IMG/VR virus record: IMGVR_UViG_3300010998_000002
Span: 32,001 to 96,000 of that record
Reading direction: 5' to 3' (one strand)
From: a virus
Lineage: Duplodnaviria; Caudoviricetes
DNA length: 64,000 bases
Numbering within the stretch: position 1 is the first letter of the stretch; each line of letters starts with the position of its first letter. This document shows positions 19,564 to 29,295 of this stretch, piece by piece. The notes beneath the pieces were generated by a model. That model was given only the letters and a program-made list of their open reading frames with translations. It had not been told where the DNA came from and did not search any database. Position numbers and translations under genes: made by a program.

Positions 19564-20977
19564 TAAACATTTGTTCTACAGTATCTTCCATTCTCGCTTG
19601 AACTTCCACGCTTTCTTTCAATCTTCCATCTTCAAATTCAAGCATAACATCTCGCATTAAATCTAAATCTCTATTTTTATCATTCGTGATAAACACTTTA
19701 CCAATCCATTCTGGGTGTTTTTCCCTAATGCTCGGAAAAATATCTGGCTTATATGTATGAATTATTTTATGAGATTCATTTGCCGGTACTTTAGAACCAG
19801 CCAAATCTTGCATTGTACCCCTAAATTCCTTTTGGTCTTTAAGTTGCTTTAAATATTGAAGTAACACTATAAAAGGAATTTTTGTATCTTTAGCACATCT
19901 TGTCCATTCTAAATATGCCTTTGCTACAACTTGCCAATCTTCTTGACCTTCTCCATCACCCATAACTTTTCCAGCATGGTCTATATAAACGCAAGCAATA
20001 CCACGTTTTAAATGTTCTTTTTTAACTGTTAATGCTATTTGCTTTGCCGTTAAATTTGAACTATCATCAATTAAAATTGGCAATGAATTTATAAATTTTG
20101 TAGCATCTGCCACACGTTGCAAGAATTTTTTGATTTCTTCTTCTGTTGGTTTAATACCCTTTTCAGTAAAATATAATCTTGGTCGTTTTAAATATTTAGC
20201 ATTAATTCCTGCTTGCATAGCAATTAAACGATTATAAATTTGCTCTTTTGTCATTTCTAACGAAAAGAAAATTATATATTTCTTAATATTATTAGCCTTT
20301 AACCACATAGCCATATTAAACATAATACTTAAAGAAAATTGTGTCTTGCATCCGCCATTCATACCGGCTAAAGTAATAACCTCTCCAGGACATGCGCCAT
20401 CTAATCCTGCATCTATCGTAGGATAGCCGAATGGAATACCTGTAATTTGATTAGGATTCATCATTTTTTCTAATATTGATTGTGTTACGGCTTTTGTATC
20501 AATATTAATAACGGAAAGTTTTGTTGTTGCTTGTAATCTATCCGATAATTCTAATGTTAAATCAGACAATTCACCCAAAATCATTTCTGGTGTTGCCATA
20601 TCCTTTGCTTTTTCTAAAAACCCTTCATAAAGATTAAGTGTTTTACGTTTAAAAGCAGATGTTCTAATGATTTGCGAATATTGCTTAACTTGTTTTTTTG
20701 TAACAAAAGTTCTACTATTAGCAAGTTTTCGCACCAACTCTGGTTCAATATCATAACCTAATGCACAAGCCTTATTCATAACCATAACATCGTCTGGCTC
20801 TACATCATCTTTATATAATTCAACAATACAATTATAAATTTGCCCAAATGCAGGAACGGAAAAATTAGCAGGATTTAATTCATCTATAACTTCAATAAGT
20901 TTGTCTGGCTTATATAATAATGAGCCTAGCAACATTTCTTCTGCCATTTTTGCATCTATATCTTTTTTTGCTACCAT
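19538..20977 (-). CDS. dnaB: Replicative helicase DnaB-like
   Basis: N-domain AEEMLLGSLL; TGIPFGYPTID, GMNGGCKT, FFSLEM, YIDH, LLQ, DLAGS, KNR. Confidence 0.88.
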   Translation of the reverse strand: MVAKKDIDAKMAEEMLLGSLLYKPDKLIEVIDELNPANFSVPAFGQIYNCIVELYKDDVEPDDVMVMNKACALGYDIEPELVRKLANSRTFVTKKQVKQYSQIIRTSAFKRKTLNLYEGFLEKAKDMATPEMILGELSDLTLELSDRLQATTKLSVINIDTKAVTQSILEKMMNPNQITGIPFGYPTIDAGLDGACPGEVITLAGMNGGCKTQFSLSIMFNMAMWLKANNIKKYIIFFSLEMTKEQIYNRLIAMQAGINAKYLKRPRLYFTEKGIKPTEEEIKKFLQRVADATKFINSLPILIDDSSNLTAKQIALTVKKEHLKRGIACVYIDHAGKVMGDGEGQEDWQVVAKAYLEWTRCAKDTKIPFIVLLQYLKQLKDQKEFRGTMQDLAGSKVPANESHKIIHTYKPDIFPSIREKHPEWIGKVFITNDKNRDLDLMRDVMLEFEDGRLKESVEVQARMEDTVEQMFSGVAPNEK

Positions 20978-21041
20978 TAAAATATTCTCTCTTTCGTTAA
21001 TATAATCTTATCAAAATTTTTAAATAAAGTCAAGAGTAAAG

Positions 21042-21068
21042 AAAAATGCTAGGAAAAATCCTAGCATA
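21042..21068 (-). terminator. Intrinsic terminator
   Basis: ATGCTAGGA/TCCTAGCAT stem followed by a U run on the minus strand. Confidence 0.7.
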
Positions 21069-21096
21069 ATAATCTCACTCTATACTATCAACCATT

Positions 21097-21810
21097 CTAA
21101 AATGGTATTTCTTCTGACACTTCCGCATCAACTTTTTTCTTTCTTCCTGCCTTTGCCTTTGTAGCCTTTTCTCCATCATCCACCGATGTTTCTTCCGTCT
21201 TTTTAACTTCTTCTACAATGGGATTATCAATTACAAAATTATTTTTTGCAATAACTTCTCGGCTTAATAATGTAGTAAATTGTGATACTATACTATGCGC
21301 TTCTTTAATATCACCAGCCTTACTATCTTCCTTTTCAAGAATTTTACTAACGGCTTTTAAGGCTTTAATTTTTGAATTACCCAACGATTCTAACACAACG
21401 CCATACAATGAATTATATCCGTTCATATATTCCCTACATTTTTCATTGGCTTCTTCTTGTGAAATTTTAACAACTTCACCATTTTTCAAAAATTCAATAG
21501 AATTAAAACAATTATTAAAGGCTTGATTTAACATTGCACCAATCATTTTAATTGTAGGATTATCAGATACTTTATAACCTTCAAAAAGATTAGTAAAACT
21601 ATCCGGCACTTCTACATTATAGTATTGTTTAGATTTCTTCAATGTAATTTTAGCACCTACACCGGAGAAAAATAAATATGCTACTTGATTTTTTAATGCA
21701 ATATAAATTGCTTCGGAGTTTTTGGTAATATCTGCATCATCCACCCAAATTTGGGCGAGAGGATTACCCTGTGCTGACACCGAAAACAGCATCTTTTTAA
21801 CTTCACACAT
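21097..21810 (-). CDS. Hypothetical protein ending in an SSB-tail-like EEIPF
   Basis: 237 aa ORF with GGAG RBS. Confidence 0.7.
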   Translation of the reverse strand: MCEVKKMLFSVSAQGNPLAQIWVDDADITKNSEAIYIALKNQVAYLFFSGVGAKITLKKSKQYYNVEVPDSFTNLFEGYKVSDNPTIKMIGAMLNQAFNNCFNSIEFLKNGEVVKISQEEANEKCREYMNGYNSLYGVVLESLGNSKIKALKAVSKILEKEDSKAGDIKEAHSIVSQFTTLLSREVIAKNNFVIDNPIVEEVKKTEETSVDDGEKATKAKAGRKKKVDAEVSEEIPF

Positions 21811-21813
21811 GAT

Positions 21814-22839
21814 TTACTCTCCCAAATTTAAGTCTGCCATATTCATATTAGCCAAAGCACTAAAATCAATTTCAGTATCAGCCGTTGCAGTTTCTTCTAC
21901 TTTAGTTTCTGCCTTCGGAGTTTCTTTAACTTCTTCTACTTTAGTTTCTTGTTTTACTTCTGCTTTTGGCTGTTCTGTTTTTACGGTTTCAGTTTTTGGA
22001 GCAGTTGTAGTTGCTACAGTAGTAATACCACCAAAAATATCACCTAGAGCATTAGCATCTACAGAATCCGGTGCTTCTTTAGTTCTTTTTGAACTTCCAC
22101 CTGTTCTACCAATACCTTTATCCCATGCAGTTTGGACAATTTCTATTTTTAACAAATTATATTTCAAAGAAATATCACCTGTATTATTATTTTTACTTCC
22201 AAAAGGTCTGATGGTAATATTAACTGTATCACCACTATTTACATATAAAGGTGTTTCTTGTTTTGTCTTTGGAGATACAAAAGATGTAACTTTTTCACCA
22301 TTTTCATATTTAAAGATTTCTGGTTCAACACCTTCACCTGTAAATTTATCAATAACTCTAAAATATTTAACTACCGGAATACCAATAGCCTTTTCAGCCT
22401 TATCAATTTTAGTAAATTTGTCTTTACCATCTTCATCTTTAGTCTTATCAAACATGCAAGTATTTGAAATTCTAATATCAAGATAATGTCTGCCGACATA
22501 TTTTTCCGGATATTTATTATTCAAAACATCTTTATCAGTAATAGCCTTAACAATACCTTTTACTACTTCAAGATTAGGATTGTGTACTTGTTCGGCTTTA
22601 AGATAATTTTGTCTAATTGCTCTATCTTTAGCCGGAAAATCGGTATCTGCCGGTAGCAAGATTTGAATATTATGTCCAAATTTTGCTTGTTTTGAACTTA
22701 AAGATGAATACAATACTTCACAATTTTCAATTGTAAAAACAGGAATTTTTAACAAATCCAAAGGATTTTCATAAGTTTCCTTTAAGGTAATAATATCATT
22801 TTCATATACTACCTTATTTTTTTCTTCTGTCGTAGTCAT
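21814..22839 (-). CDS. Probable single-stranded DNA-binding protein (T7 gp2.5-like OB fold)
   Basis: SGDTVNITIRPF...ISLKYNLLKIEIV pattern, long acidic low-complexity tail, first gene of replication module. Confidence 0.5.
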   Translation of the reverse strand: MTTTEEKNKVVYENDIITLKETYENPLDLLKIPVFTIENCEVLYSSLSSKQAKFGHNIQILLPADTDFPAKDRAIRQNYLKAEQVHNPNLEVVKGIVKAITDKDVLNNKYPEKYVGRHYLDIRISNTCMFDKTKDEDGKDKFTKIDKAEKAIGIPVVKYFRVIDKFTGEGVEPEIFKYENGEKVTSFVSPKTKQETPLYVNSGDTVNITIRPFGSKNNNTGDISLKYNLLKIEIVQTAWDKGIGRTGGSSKRTKEAPDSVDANALGDIFGGITTVATTTAPKTETVKTEQPKAEVKQETKVEEVKETPKAETKVEETATADTEIDFSALANMNMADLNLGE

Positions 22840-22939
22840 AAAAACTCTCCTCTTTTCTTTTATCTACTCATGGAATTAAAGCAATTCCAACAACACCAAT
22901 AGCATATCAAATTTTTAAGTAAATGTCAATACTAACATT

Positions 22940-23200
22940 TTATACACTCCGAAATATATGATTTCATAATACTTTTAACTTAATTTTATATTATTTAAGT
23001 TCATGAACTTTAAGTTAAAATTTTAAATTATATGAACTTAATTATTATACACTTCAATTTTATATTACTTTAAGTTTATATACTATACACTCCAGATATT
23101 GTATGAACTTTTATATACACTCCAATACATGAACTATAGGTATATATTATTTAAGTTCATGAACTTAAAATATTATATAATTGGAGTGTATATATTAGCA
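22940..23200. repeat. AT-rich repeat cluster A (AAGTTCATGAACTT palindromes, TATACACTCC repeats); candidate origin/operator
   Basis: Palindromes at 22997 and 23153; TATACACTCC at 22941, 23084, 23114; inverted copy at 23183. Confidence 0.75.
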
Positions 23201-23317
23201 TAATATAATAATACCCTTAATATATTAAAGACCTTATGATATTATACTCTTTTTTTTTAAAATGTCAAGAGTAATTTTTTATCTTGACTTATATAGAAAA
23301 ATTTGATAGTATGTAAT

Positions 23318-23380
23318 AGGATAAGAAATGCAGATATACTGTCATAAAACTCCTTTCTAAATAGTATTTCTTATCCTTTT
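23318..23380 (+). ncRNA. Putative ~63 nt hairpin sRNA with anti-SD loop
   Basis: TTGACT-N17-TAGTAT promoter places +1 at the base of a 14-bp stem (23318-31/23364-77) ending in a U run. Confidence 0.5.
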
Positions 23381-23399
23381 AATGGGAGAATTTACATAA

Positions 23400-23987
23400 A
23401 TGATAACAGTTATTTCAGGGCCGGTCAAAGCAGGAAAAAGTAAAAGATTAATTGAATATTATGAACAATTAAAAGATTATGGTGCTATGGTATTTTCATC
23501 AAAATTTTCATTAACTCATGGTGAAGATGTTGTATCACGATATGGCACAAGTGTTAAAGCCATTCCGATAAATAGTTTATTTGATATACCTAGTCATATA
23601 CCATCAGATAAAAGTGTATTTCATATTTTGGTTGATGAATTTCAATTTTTACAAATGAGTACAGGTGAATTAAAAGCATTTTTTGATAAGTATTATTACT
23701 ATTATGACTTTTATTTATTCGGATTGAATAAAGATTATCGCCGTTATCCGTTTAAGTTAATGGGTAGTGCAATGGCTTTAGCCGATAATATTAAAATTAT
23801 TGGTGGATATTGTGATATTTGTGGACAAGAGCCTAGTAAATATTCATTAAGATTAGAAAACGATAAACCGGCAGATATTGACAAAGAAGGTCAAGTTATC
23901 CTACTTGACGGAGAATATGAAGATGTTAAAATAGATTATAAAAGCATTTGTGATGATTGTTGGAGAAAGATTTATAGAAAAGGTTAA
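23400..23987 (+). CDS. tdk: Thymidine kinase
   Basis: GPVKAGKS, VVSRYG, VDEFQF, GLNKDY, CDIC...CDDC. Confidence 0.9.
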   Translation: MITVISGPVKAGKSKRLIEYYEQLKDYGAMVFSSKFSLTHGEDVVSRYGTSVKAIPINSLFDIPSHIPSDKSVFHILVDEFQFLQMSTGELKAFFDKYYYYYDFYLFGLNKDYRRYPFKLMGSAMALADNIKIIGGYCDICGQEPSKYSLRLENDKPADIDKEGQVILLDGEYEDVKIDYKSICDDCWRKIYRKG

Positions 23988-23991
23988 TTAG

Positions 23992-25632
23992 ATGTTTTCA
24001 CACGAACAAATTGTTGATTTCAAAAATAAAGTTAATAAACGAGAATTTTATAGACAATTTTTAGAATTAAGACAAAGCGGTAAATTGTTATGGGCAGTAT
24101 GCCCATTTCATAACGACCATAGTCCTAGTATGTCTATTGATGAAGATACAGGAATTTTTAGATGTTGGTCTTGTGGTGCGCATGGTGATATTTTAGATTT
24201 CTATCAAAGATTAACAGGCAAATCATTGTCCGAATCAATAATGGATATTGCTAAAAGTCAAAATATAAAAATTGAAATATCGGAAGAATTACGCAAAGAA
24301 TTAGAGTTAAAACGTGCATTATATTTGCTTAATGATAACATTGCAAATTTGTATCAACGAGCATTGGCGCAAAATAAAGAAGGGCAACAGTATTTAATCT
24401 CTCGTAATTTTTCACTTGATATAATCAAACAGTTTAGAATTGGTTATATTCCATCATTACCACTAAAGGATTTGGGCGAACAATTTATACCACTTCTTAA
24501 AACTGCGCAACTTGTTAATGTAAATGAAGATGGAAGTGTTTATAATTATTTTGGTACTCATAGAATTTCTATACCATTTTTTGATGAATACGGACATATT
24601 GTCGGATTTTCTTCAAGAACAACTGATAATCGTTATCAACCAAAATATTTACATTCACGAACAAGTAAACTGTTTCAAAAAAGTGAATTACTTTATGCTT
24701 ATAATTTTGCAAAAGAAAAAATTAAAGAAACAAAATCAGTAATTATTACAGAAGGACAAATAGATTGTATTAGATGCCATCAATACGGCATAACAAATAC
24801 TATTGCTACTTGTGGTTTGGCTTTATCAGACAAACAATTAAAATTATTAAAAACTTATGTTAAAAATTATTATATTATAGTTGAAGATAAAGCCGGTGAA
24901 AATATGGTTGATAAATATTATGATGTTATATCAACAAGTAATTATTGGGCGAATATTAAAATTATTCGTTTATATGAAGGTGATGAAAAATGTGATGCTG
25001 ATGAATTTTTACAGAAATATGGTAAAGGTGCATTTTTAGATAAGATTAAACATGCTAAACCATACCATGAATATAAACTTATTGATTCATTAAAAAATAT
25101 TAATTATAAAACCATTGAAGAAAAAAAGTTTCATATTTATAATAATAGAAAATATATTGCTAAAATTACACATCCGGTAGATAAAAAACAGTATATTGAA
25201 TTACTAGCAGAAAAATTAGAATTACCGGAAAATGATGTACGAAAGATTATTGCTAGGTCAGAATCTACCGATAATGATATTAAAATTGGAGATTATGATG
25301 ATAGGCGCACAACATCACAAAAATATATTTTAGCAACATTCTTTTCGGAATTTGGTGTGCAAACAGCATACGAAGTCATGCATAATAAATTAAAAATTTA
25401 TAATAGACTTGACAATAAATTCAGAAAAATATATAATAAAATAGTAGATGTCATTTTACTATACGGAGCAAATGCAGATATTATAAATGCAGTTCATAGT
25501 TTAGATATTATGACACAAGAGGAATTATCTATACTAGATGATGCCTATTTTAAGAGAGATGAATTTAATTATCTTGAAGATGAAGAAGAATTAGCACTTT
25601 TTCTCAAAGACCAAATAGAAAATTTAAGGTAA
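23992..25632 (+). CDS. dnaG: DNA primase
   Basis: CPFHNDHSPS...CWSCG Zn finger, GFSSR, PKYLHS, TEGQID TOPRIM, DADE. Confidence 0.95.
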   Translation: MFSHEQIVDFKNKVNKREFYRQFLELRQSGKLLWAVCPFHNDHSPSMSIDEDTGIFRCWSCGAHGDILDFYQRLTGKSLSESIMDIAKSQNIKIEISEELRKELELKRALYLLNDNIANLYQRALAQNKEGQQYLISRNFSLDIIKQFRIGYIPSLPLKDLGEQFIPLLKTAQLVNVNEDGSVYNYFGTHRISIPFFDEYGHIVGFSSRTTDNRYQPKYLHSRTSKLFQKSELLYAYNFAKEKIKETKSVIITEGQIDCIRCHQYGITNTIATCGLALSDKQLKLLKTYVKNYYIIVEDKAGENMVDKYYDVISTSNYWANIKIIRLYEGDEKCDADEFLQKYGKGAFLDKIKHAKPYHEYKLIDSLKNINYKTIEEKKFHIYNNRKYIAKITHPVDKKQYIELLAEKLELPENDVRKIIARSESTDNDIKIGDYDDRRTTSQKYILATFFSEFGVQTAYEVMHNKLKIYNRLDNKFRKIYNKIVDVILLYGANADIINAVHSLDIMTQEELSILDDAYFKRDEFNYLEDEEELALFLKDQIENLR

Positions 25633-25679
25633 AAAAATCTACTCTTGACTTTTAAAATTAAATATGATAATATAATAAT

Positions 25680-26330
25680 GTTGAACGATGACAAGTAATT
25701 CAGAAGTAATTGTAAAATGTAGTGAAGCAACCATTCAAACTAACTGCAAGTAGATTTTGAGTACCTGTGGATTTGACGAAGGACTACCTCTTTAGGCATA
25801 TAGAATGAACGAAGGTAATTAAGTAAACAATTTAGAACTTTGAAAATCAAATATTATAATGAGAATCTGTGCGAGAATAATCCTTTCTAGGGATAATCGG
25901 ATGCAAACAGAGTTTTGCAATAGACTTCATAGGCTTGTCAAAGCCGAATGTTTGTAGGTTATTTTGATGGAGATACCGTAACGCACACGTTGAATCGTAG
26001 AACGCTACTTTGAATTTATGGCTTATATGGCTGTATTGGATAAGAATGTCAGTATATTTGCTGGACTATCCTAGCGTATAGGATAGATTAGATTTTGAAC
26101 GTGGTACGCTTGCATAAGGCAGTTTGTAGTAAATGGCTATATTACATTCAGATGATGTCATAGAATGTGAGCATATAGGTAATCACTCCTACCGGCACTT
26201 TAAGTATTTTCTTGACGAAGAAAATATGGCTGATGGCGGAATAACGGCAAATGGCTATATCATCAAGATTTGTGGGTAACAGATAACTCCCATTAGATTC
26301 TCATTATAATATTTGATTTGATAGTTTTTT
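25680..26330 (+). ncRNA. Large structured non-coding RNA candidate, core enclosed by a perfect 25-bp stem
   Basis: 710-bp ORF-free gap; promoter at 25640-25673; 25844-25868 is the exact reverse complement of 26295-26319; internal hairpins. Confidence 0.7.
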
Positions 26331-26342
26331 GAGAGGGTTAAA

Positions 26343-27092
26343 GTGGAAGTAAAATTAATAAGTTATAATGATAATATCATAGATATTATTCATACGGCTT
26401 GTCGTACTTGTTATTCAAAATTAACACCGATAGAAATCTATAATAAAGATACTTACGCTGGTGAAGAATTTGATATATCAATAGAACAAGTTAAAGAAGA
26501 TAGAATAAAAAAAATTGAACTTATTAAAAAAGTTATGAATAGTGGGCATTTAAGCACTACAGAACATGCTTATTTTACTTTCGCTATTGCCGGAGTATCA
26601 AGAGCATTATTGGCTCAAATCACAAGACATAGGCTTTGTAGTTTTTCTGTTCAAAGTCAAAGATATGTAGAAATTAAAGAAAACCTAGAAGATTTAATTG
26701 TATTAAATACTTGCGGTACTAAATATCAAAAAATAGAATTATTATCAAAATATTTTGTATTTAAAGATGATAATGATTTATTTATTGATAGTTGCTTAAA
26801 TGCTTTAATTCAATATCTTCAATTAACAAAAGAAGGATATAAAGCCGAAGATGCAAGAAATGTTTTACCAAATGCAACAAAAACAAATATTGTTTTATCT
26901 TGCAATTTAAGACAATTAATGCACATTTGTAATTTAAGATTATGTAAACATGCACAATTAGAAGTTAGAACTATGGTTGGTAAAATGAAAAATGAAGTTT
27001 TATCTAAACCGGAATGTGAATGGTTAAAGCCATATTTAGTTCCTAATTGTAAAAATTGTACTGATTTTAGAGATTGTAAGGAGATTAAGTAA
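26343..27092 (+). CDS. thyX: Flavin-dependent thymidylate synthase
   Basis: GHLSTTEH, SRALLAQITRHRLCSFSVQSQRY, EDARNVLPNA, LRLCKHAQLEVR. Confidence 0.95.
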   Translation: MEVKLISYNDNIIDIIHTACRTCYSKLTPIEIYNKDTYAGEEFDISIEQVKEDRIKKIELIKKVMNSGHLSTTEHAYFTFAIAGVSRALLAQITRHRLCSFSVQSQRYVEIKENLEDLIVLNTCGTKYQKIELLSKYFVFKDDNDLFIDSCLNALIQYLQLTKEGYKAEDARNVLPNATKTNIVLSCNLRQLMHICNLRLCKHAQLEVRTMVGKMKNEVLSKPECEWLKPYLVPNCKNCTDFRDCKEIK

Positions 27093-27251
27093 ATGACGTG
27101 GTTAGCAATTTTAACAGCATTTTCACCAACATTAGCCTTTAAAGGTTTAACATTAACAACATTATGGAGTTGGTTCAACGTGCATCCATTTTGGGCATTT
27201 TTCACAATTGGAATGTTATGCAAATCAACACATATCAATATAAATAAATAA
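27093..27251 (+). CDS. Small hydrophobic protein, 52 aa (MTWLAILTAFSPTLAF...)
   Basis: AAGGAG RBS; fills the gap between thyX and the nuclease; below ORF-track cutoff. Confidence 0.6.
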   Translation: MTWLAILTAFSPTLAFKGLTLTTLWSWFNVHPFWAFFTIGMLCKSTHININK

Positions 27252-27264
27252 GAAAGGATTAATA

Positions 27265-28221
27265 ATGTATTTTTTAAATCGTGGTGATACAGATACATAT
27301 ATTACAATTCATAAAGAAGATGAGCAAAATTTTTATGATATTATCAATTCTGGAATTTTTACAAAAGAAAATAAATTTCGTCTTATTAAAGATAAAGCCG
27401 AAATTAAAAAAATTCTTGAAGAAAGATATGCAAGCCGAAACAGAGGAGAAGATTATACTGCCGGTTTACCTTCTGCAACATTAATTTCTTCTTCATTATT
27501 TCCGTATAATTTAGATTCGCATGCACCACATAATCATGTTGCTTTATTAAGATGGAATAATGATATTGATGTTGCAGAAATGCAGGGGCAAAAAGTAACA
27601 AATAAACTTTCAACCGATAGTGGTACTTTTATTCATGAAGTTTTAGAACTTGCATTAAAAGATAGGCAAACAAGAGTTTTTGACAAGTCTAAAGGTTTGC
27701 AGAAATATATTGATATGGTTTGCCAGGATAAAAATATTATTAATCTTATAGAAAATTTTGAAGAAAGAAAACCATATTTTGTAGAAGTTGCAACTAATGT
27801 TTTATCAAAATTTTTTAAAGAAGAAGTGCCTTTAATAGACCCAATTTTTGATGAATTATTTTTAGTAAATAAAGGCATACAGGGTGCAATTGATTTAGTT
27901 AATTACAAAAATGGACATTTGTATATTTCGGATTTTAAAACATCTAAAAAACCTATGTCTTATAATCAAGTTGCCGGTAAAGGCTATTTGCGACAATTAT
28001 ATATATATAGTAGAATGCTTTTAAATGCTAAAATTATTTCAAAAAAAGAATATGATAATTTGCATTTTCAAATTTATTTCTTTAATTGGAATAGTGGTAA
28101 TTCTGCAATATACGAATTTCCAAAATCGGAAGTTGATAAATCAAAAGGCTACTGCGAATTTATATTAAAATGGTATTATAAAATGCGAGATATGGATATT
28201 GATATTCATGAAGTAATATAG
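27265..28221 (+). CDS. PD-(D/E)XK exonuclease (RecB/Cas4-like)
   Basis: GTFIHEVLE, GAIDLV, ISDFKTS, QLYIY. Confidence 0.85.
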   Translation: MYFLNRGDTDTYITIHKEDEQNFYDIINSGIFTKENKFRLIKDKAEIKKILEERYASRNRGEDYTAGLPSATLISSSLFPYNLDSHAPHNHVALLRWNNDIDVAEMQGQKVTNKLSTDSGTFIHEVLELALKDRQTRVFDKSKGLQKYIDMVCQDKNIINLIENFEERKPYFVEVATNVLSKFFKEEVPLIDPIFDELFLVNKGIQGAIDLVNYKNGHLYISDFKTSKKPMSYNQVAGKGYLRQLYIYSRMLLNAKIISKKEYDNLHFQIYFFNWNSGNSAIYEFPKSEVDKSKGYCEFILKWYYKMRDMDIDIHEVI

Positions 28222-28234
28222 GAGAAAATTCAAA

Positions 28235-28700
28235 ATGAATGGAATTTTAGACAAAATTTTCGGAAGTAAAGAAGAAGCGCCAAGTATATCTGATGTTACA
28301 AAAAGAAATACAATCGGATATTGAAAATCAAGTTTCAAATTTGGAAGTTGCAACAGTAGAAGGTTCAATTGTAACAGATGATATACCACCTTCAATAGTT
28401 CATACACCTGTCGTAGAAGGTGAAAATAATATTTCTGTTGAAACAACACCTGTTGTAATTCCAGAAGGTGTAATTCCACATATAATTGGTGTAGCACCTA
28501 TTCATCATGATATATGTGATGGAGCAATAGATTATGGCGAAGTAGTAAAGTTAGAGCAACCATTATCTGATTCTGATATTAAATTTGATAATTTTAAATA
28601 TGAAATTAAAACGGCTATTAATAATTTTCAAACATTAGATTTAGAATCTGTTAATTTTAAAAATACATTATTGGAGATTATTGATAAATATAATGGGTAA
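28235..28700 (+). CDS. Acidic hypothetical protein, probably frameshifted at A5 (28300-28304)
   Basis: GGAG RBS then ATG 28235 (MNGILDKIFG...); removing one A joins it to the 28293-28700 ORF. Confidence 0.55.
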
Positions 28701-29295
28701 TATGAGTTGGGGTTTACCTTCCAATTTAACTAATTATAAAATAGAAAAAAATAGCGACTACTTAAAATTAATAGTCGCTAGTTATTTTCGTTTTAAACGT
28801 GGTTGTGATGTAGTATGTTCAGAATTTGAAATGTCGCCAAAAAATAGAGCAGATATTATTGCTACTAATAAAGGTATGCTAATAGAGGTTGAATGTAAAA
28901 CGTCTAAATCAGATTTAAAAAATGAATTTACCGCATCCACAAAGCAGTTAAAACATTTTTCTTTTTATAATTTTAAGAAAAAGTCTAAATATTATCCTGT
29001 GCCTAATTATTATTATATAATGATAACTAAAGAAATGGCGCAAGATAATGAAGTTATTGGATTAATTCATCAACTTAATCCTAATTATGGAATTTTGGTT
29101 GAAGATGGTTGGAGATTTCCGCCAATTTCAAAATATCCTGCTAAAAAACTTCATGATAAAAATATATTGACCGGAAGTTTTATGAATAAAATTTATCAAA
29201 GATTATGTGCCGATAATATTTCTTTAAGAAGAAAAAAATATTTTTCTGATTTAGAACAAAAAAATGATGTAGCATTATTAAAAACTACATCATAA
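28681..29295 (+). CDS. PD-(D/E)XK nuclease, MmcB-like
   Basis: RADIIA, IEVECKTSKSDL, PNYYY, YGIL. Confidence 0.7.
   Translation: MINIMGNMSWGLPSNLTNYKIEKNSDYLKLIVASYFRFKRGCDVVCSEFEMSPKNRADIIATNKGMLIEVECKTSKSDLKNEFTASTKQLKHFSFYNFKKKSKYYPVPNYYYIMITKEMAQDNEVIGLIHQLNPNYGILVEDGWRFPPISKYPAKKLHDKNILTGSFMNKIYQRLCADNISLRRKKYFSDLEQKNDVALLKTTS

Noticed and set aside
21218-22486. Long antisense ORFs (21218-21526, 21722-22486; likewise 33207-33728, 46506-46985, 26819-27298)
   Set aside because: Shadows of real genes on the opposite strand with biased codon usage; no RBS or motifs.
22940-23200. Repeat cluster as a CRISPR array
   Set aside because: Repeats are 10-18 bp, of two kinds, irregularly spaced and in mixed orientation; no cas operon.
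25680-26330. tmRNA, RNase P or self-splicing intron
   Set aside because: No tRNA-like ends or tag ORF, no recognisable P4 or intron core by eye, and the flanking genes are complete.
27265-28221. Cas4 as evidence of a CRISPR system
   Set aside because: Generic PD-(D/E)XK exonuclease without the Cas4 Fe-S cysteines; no array.
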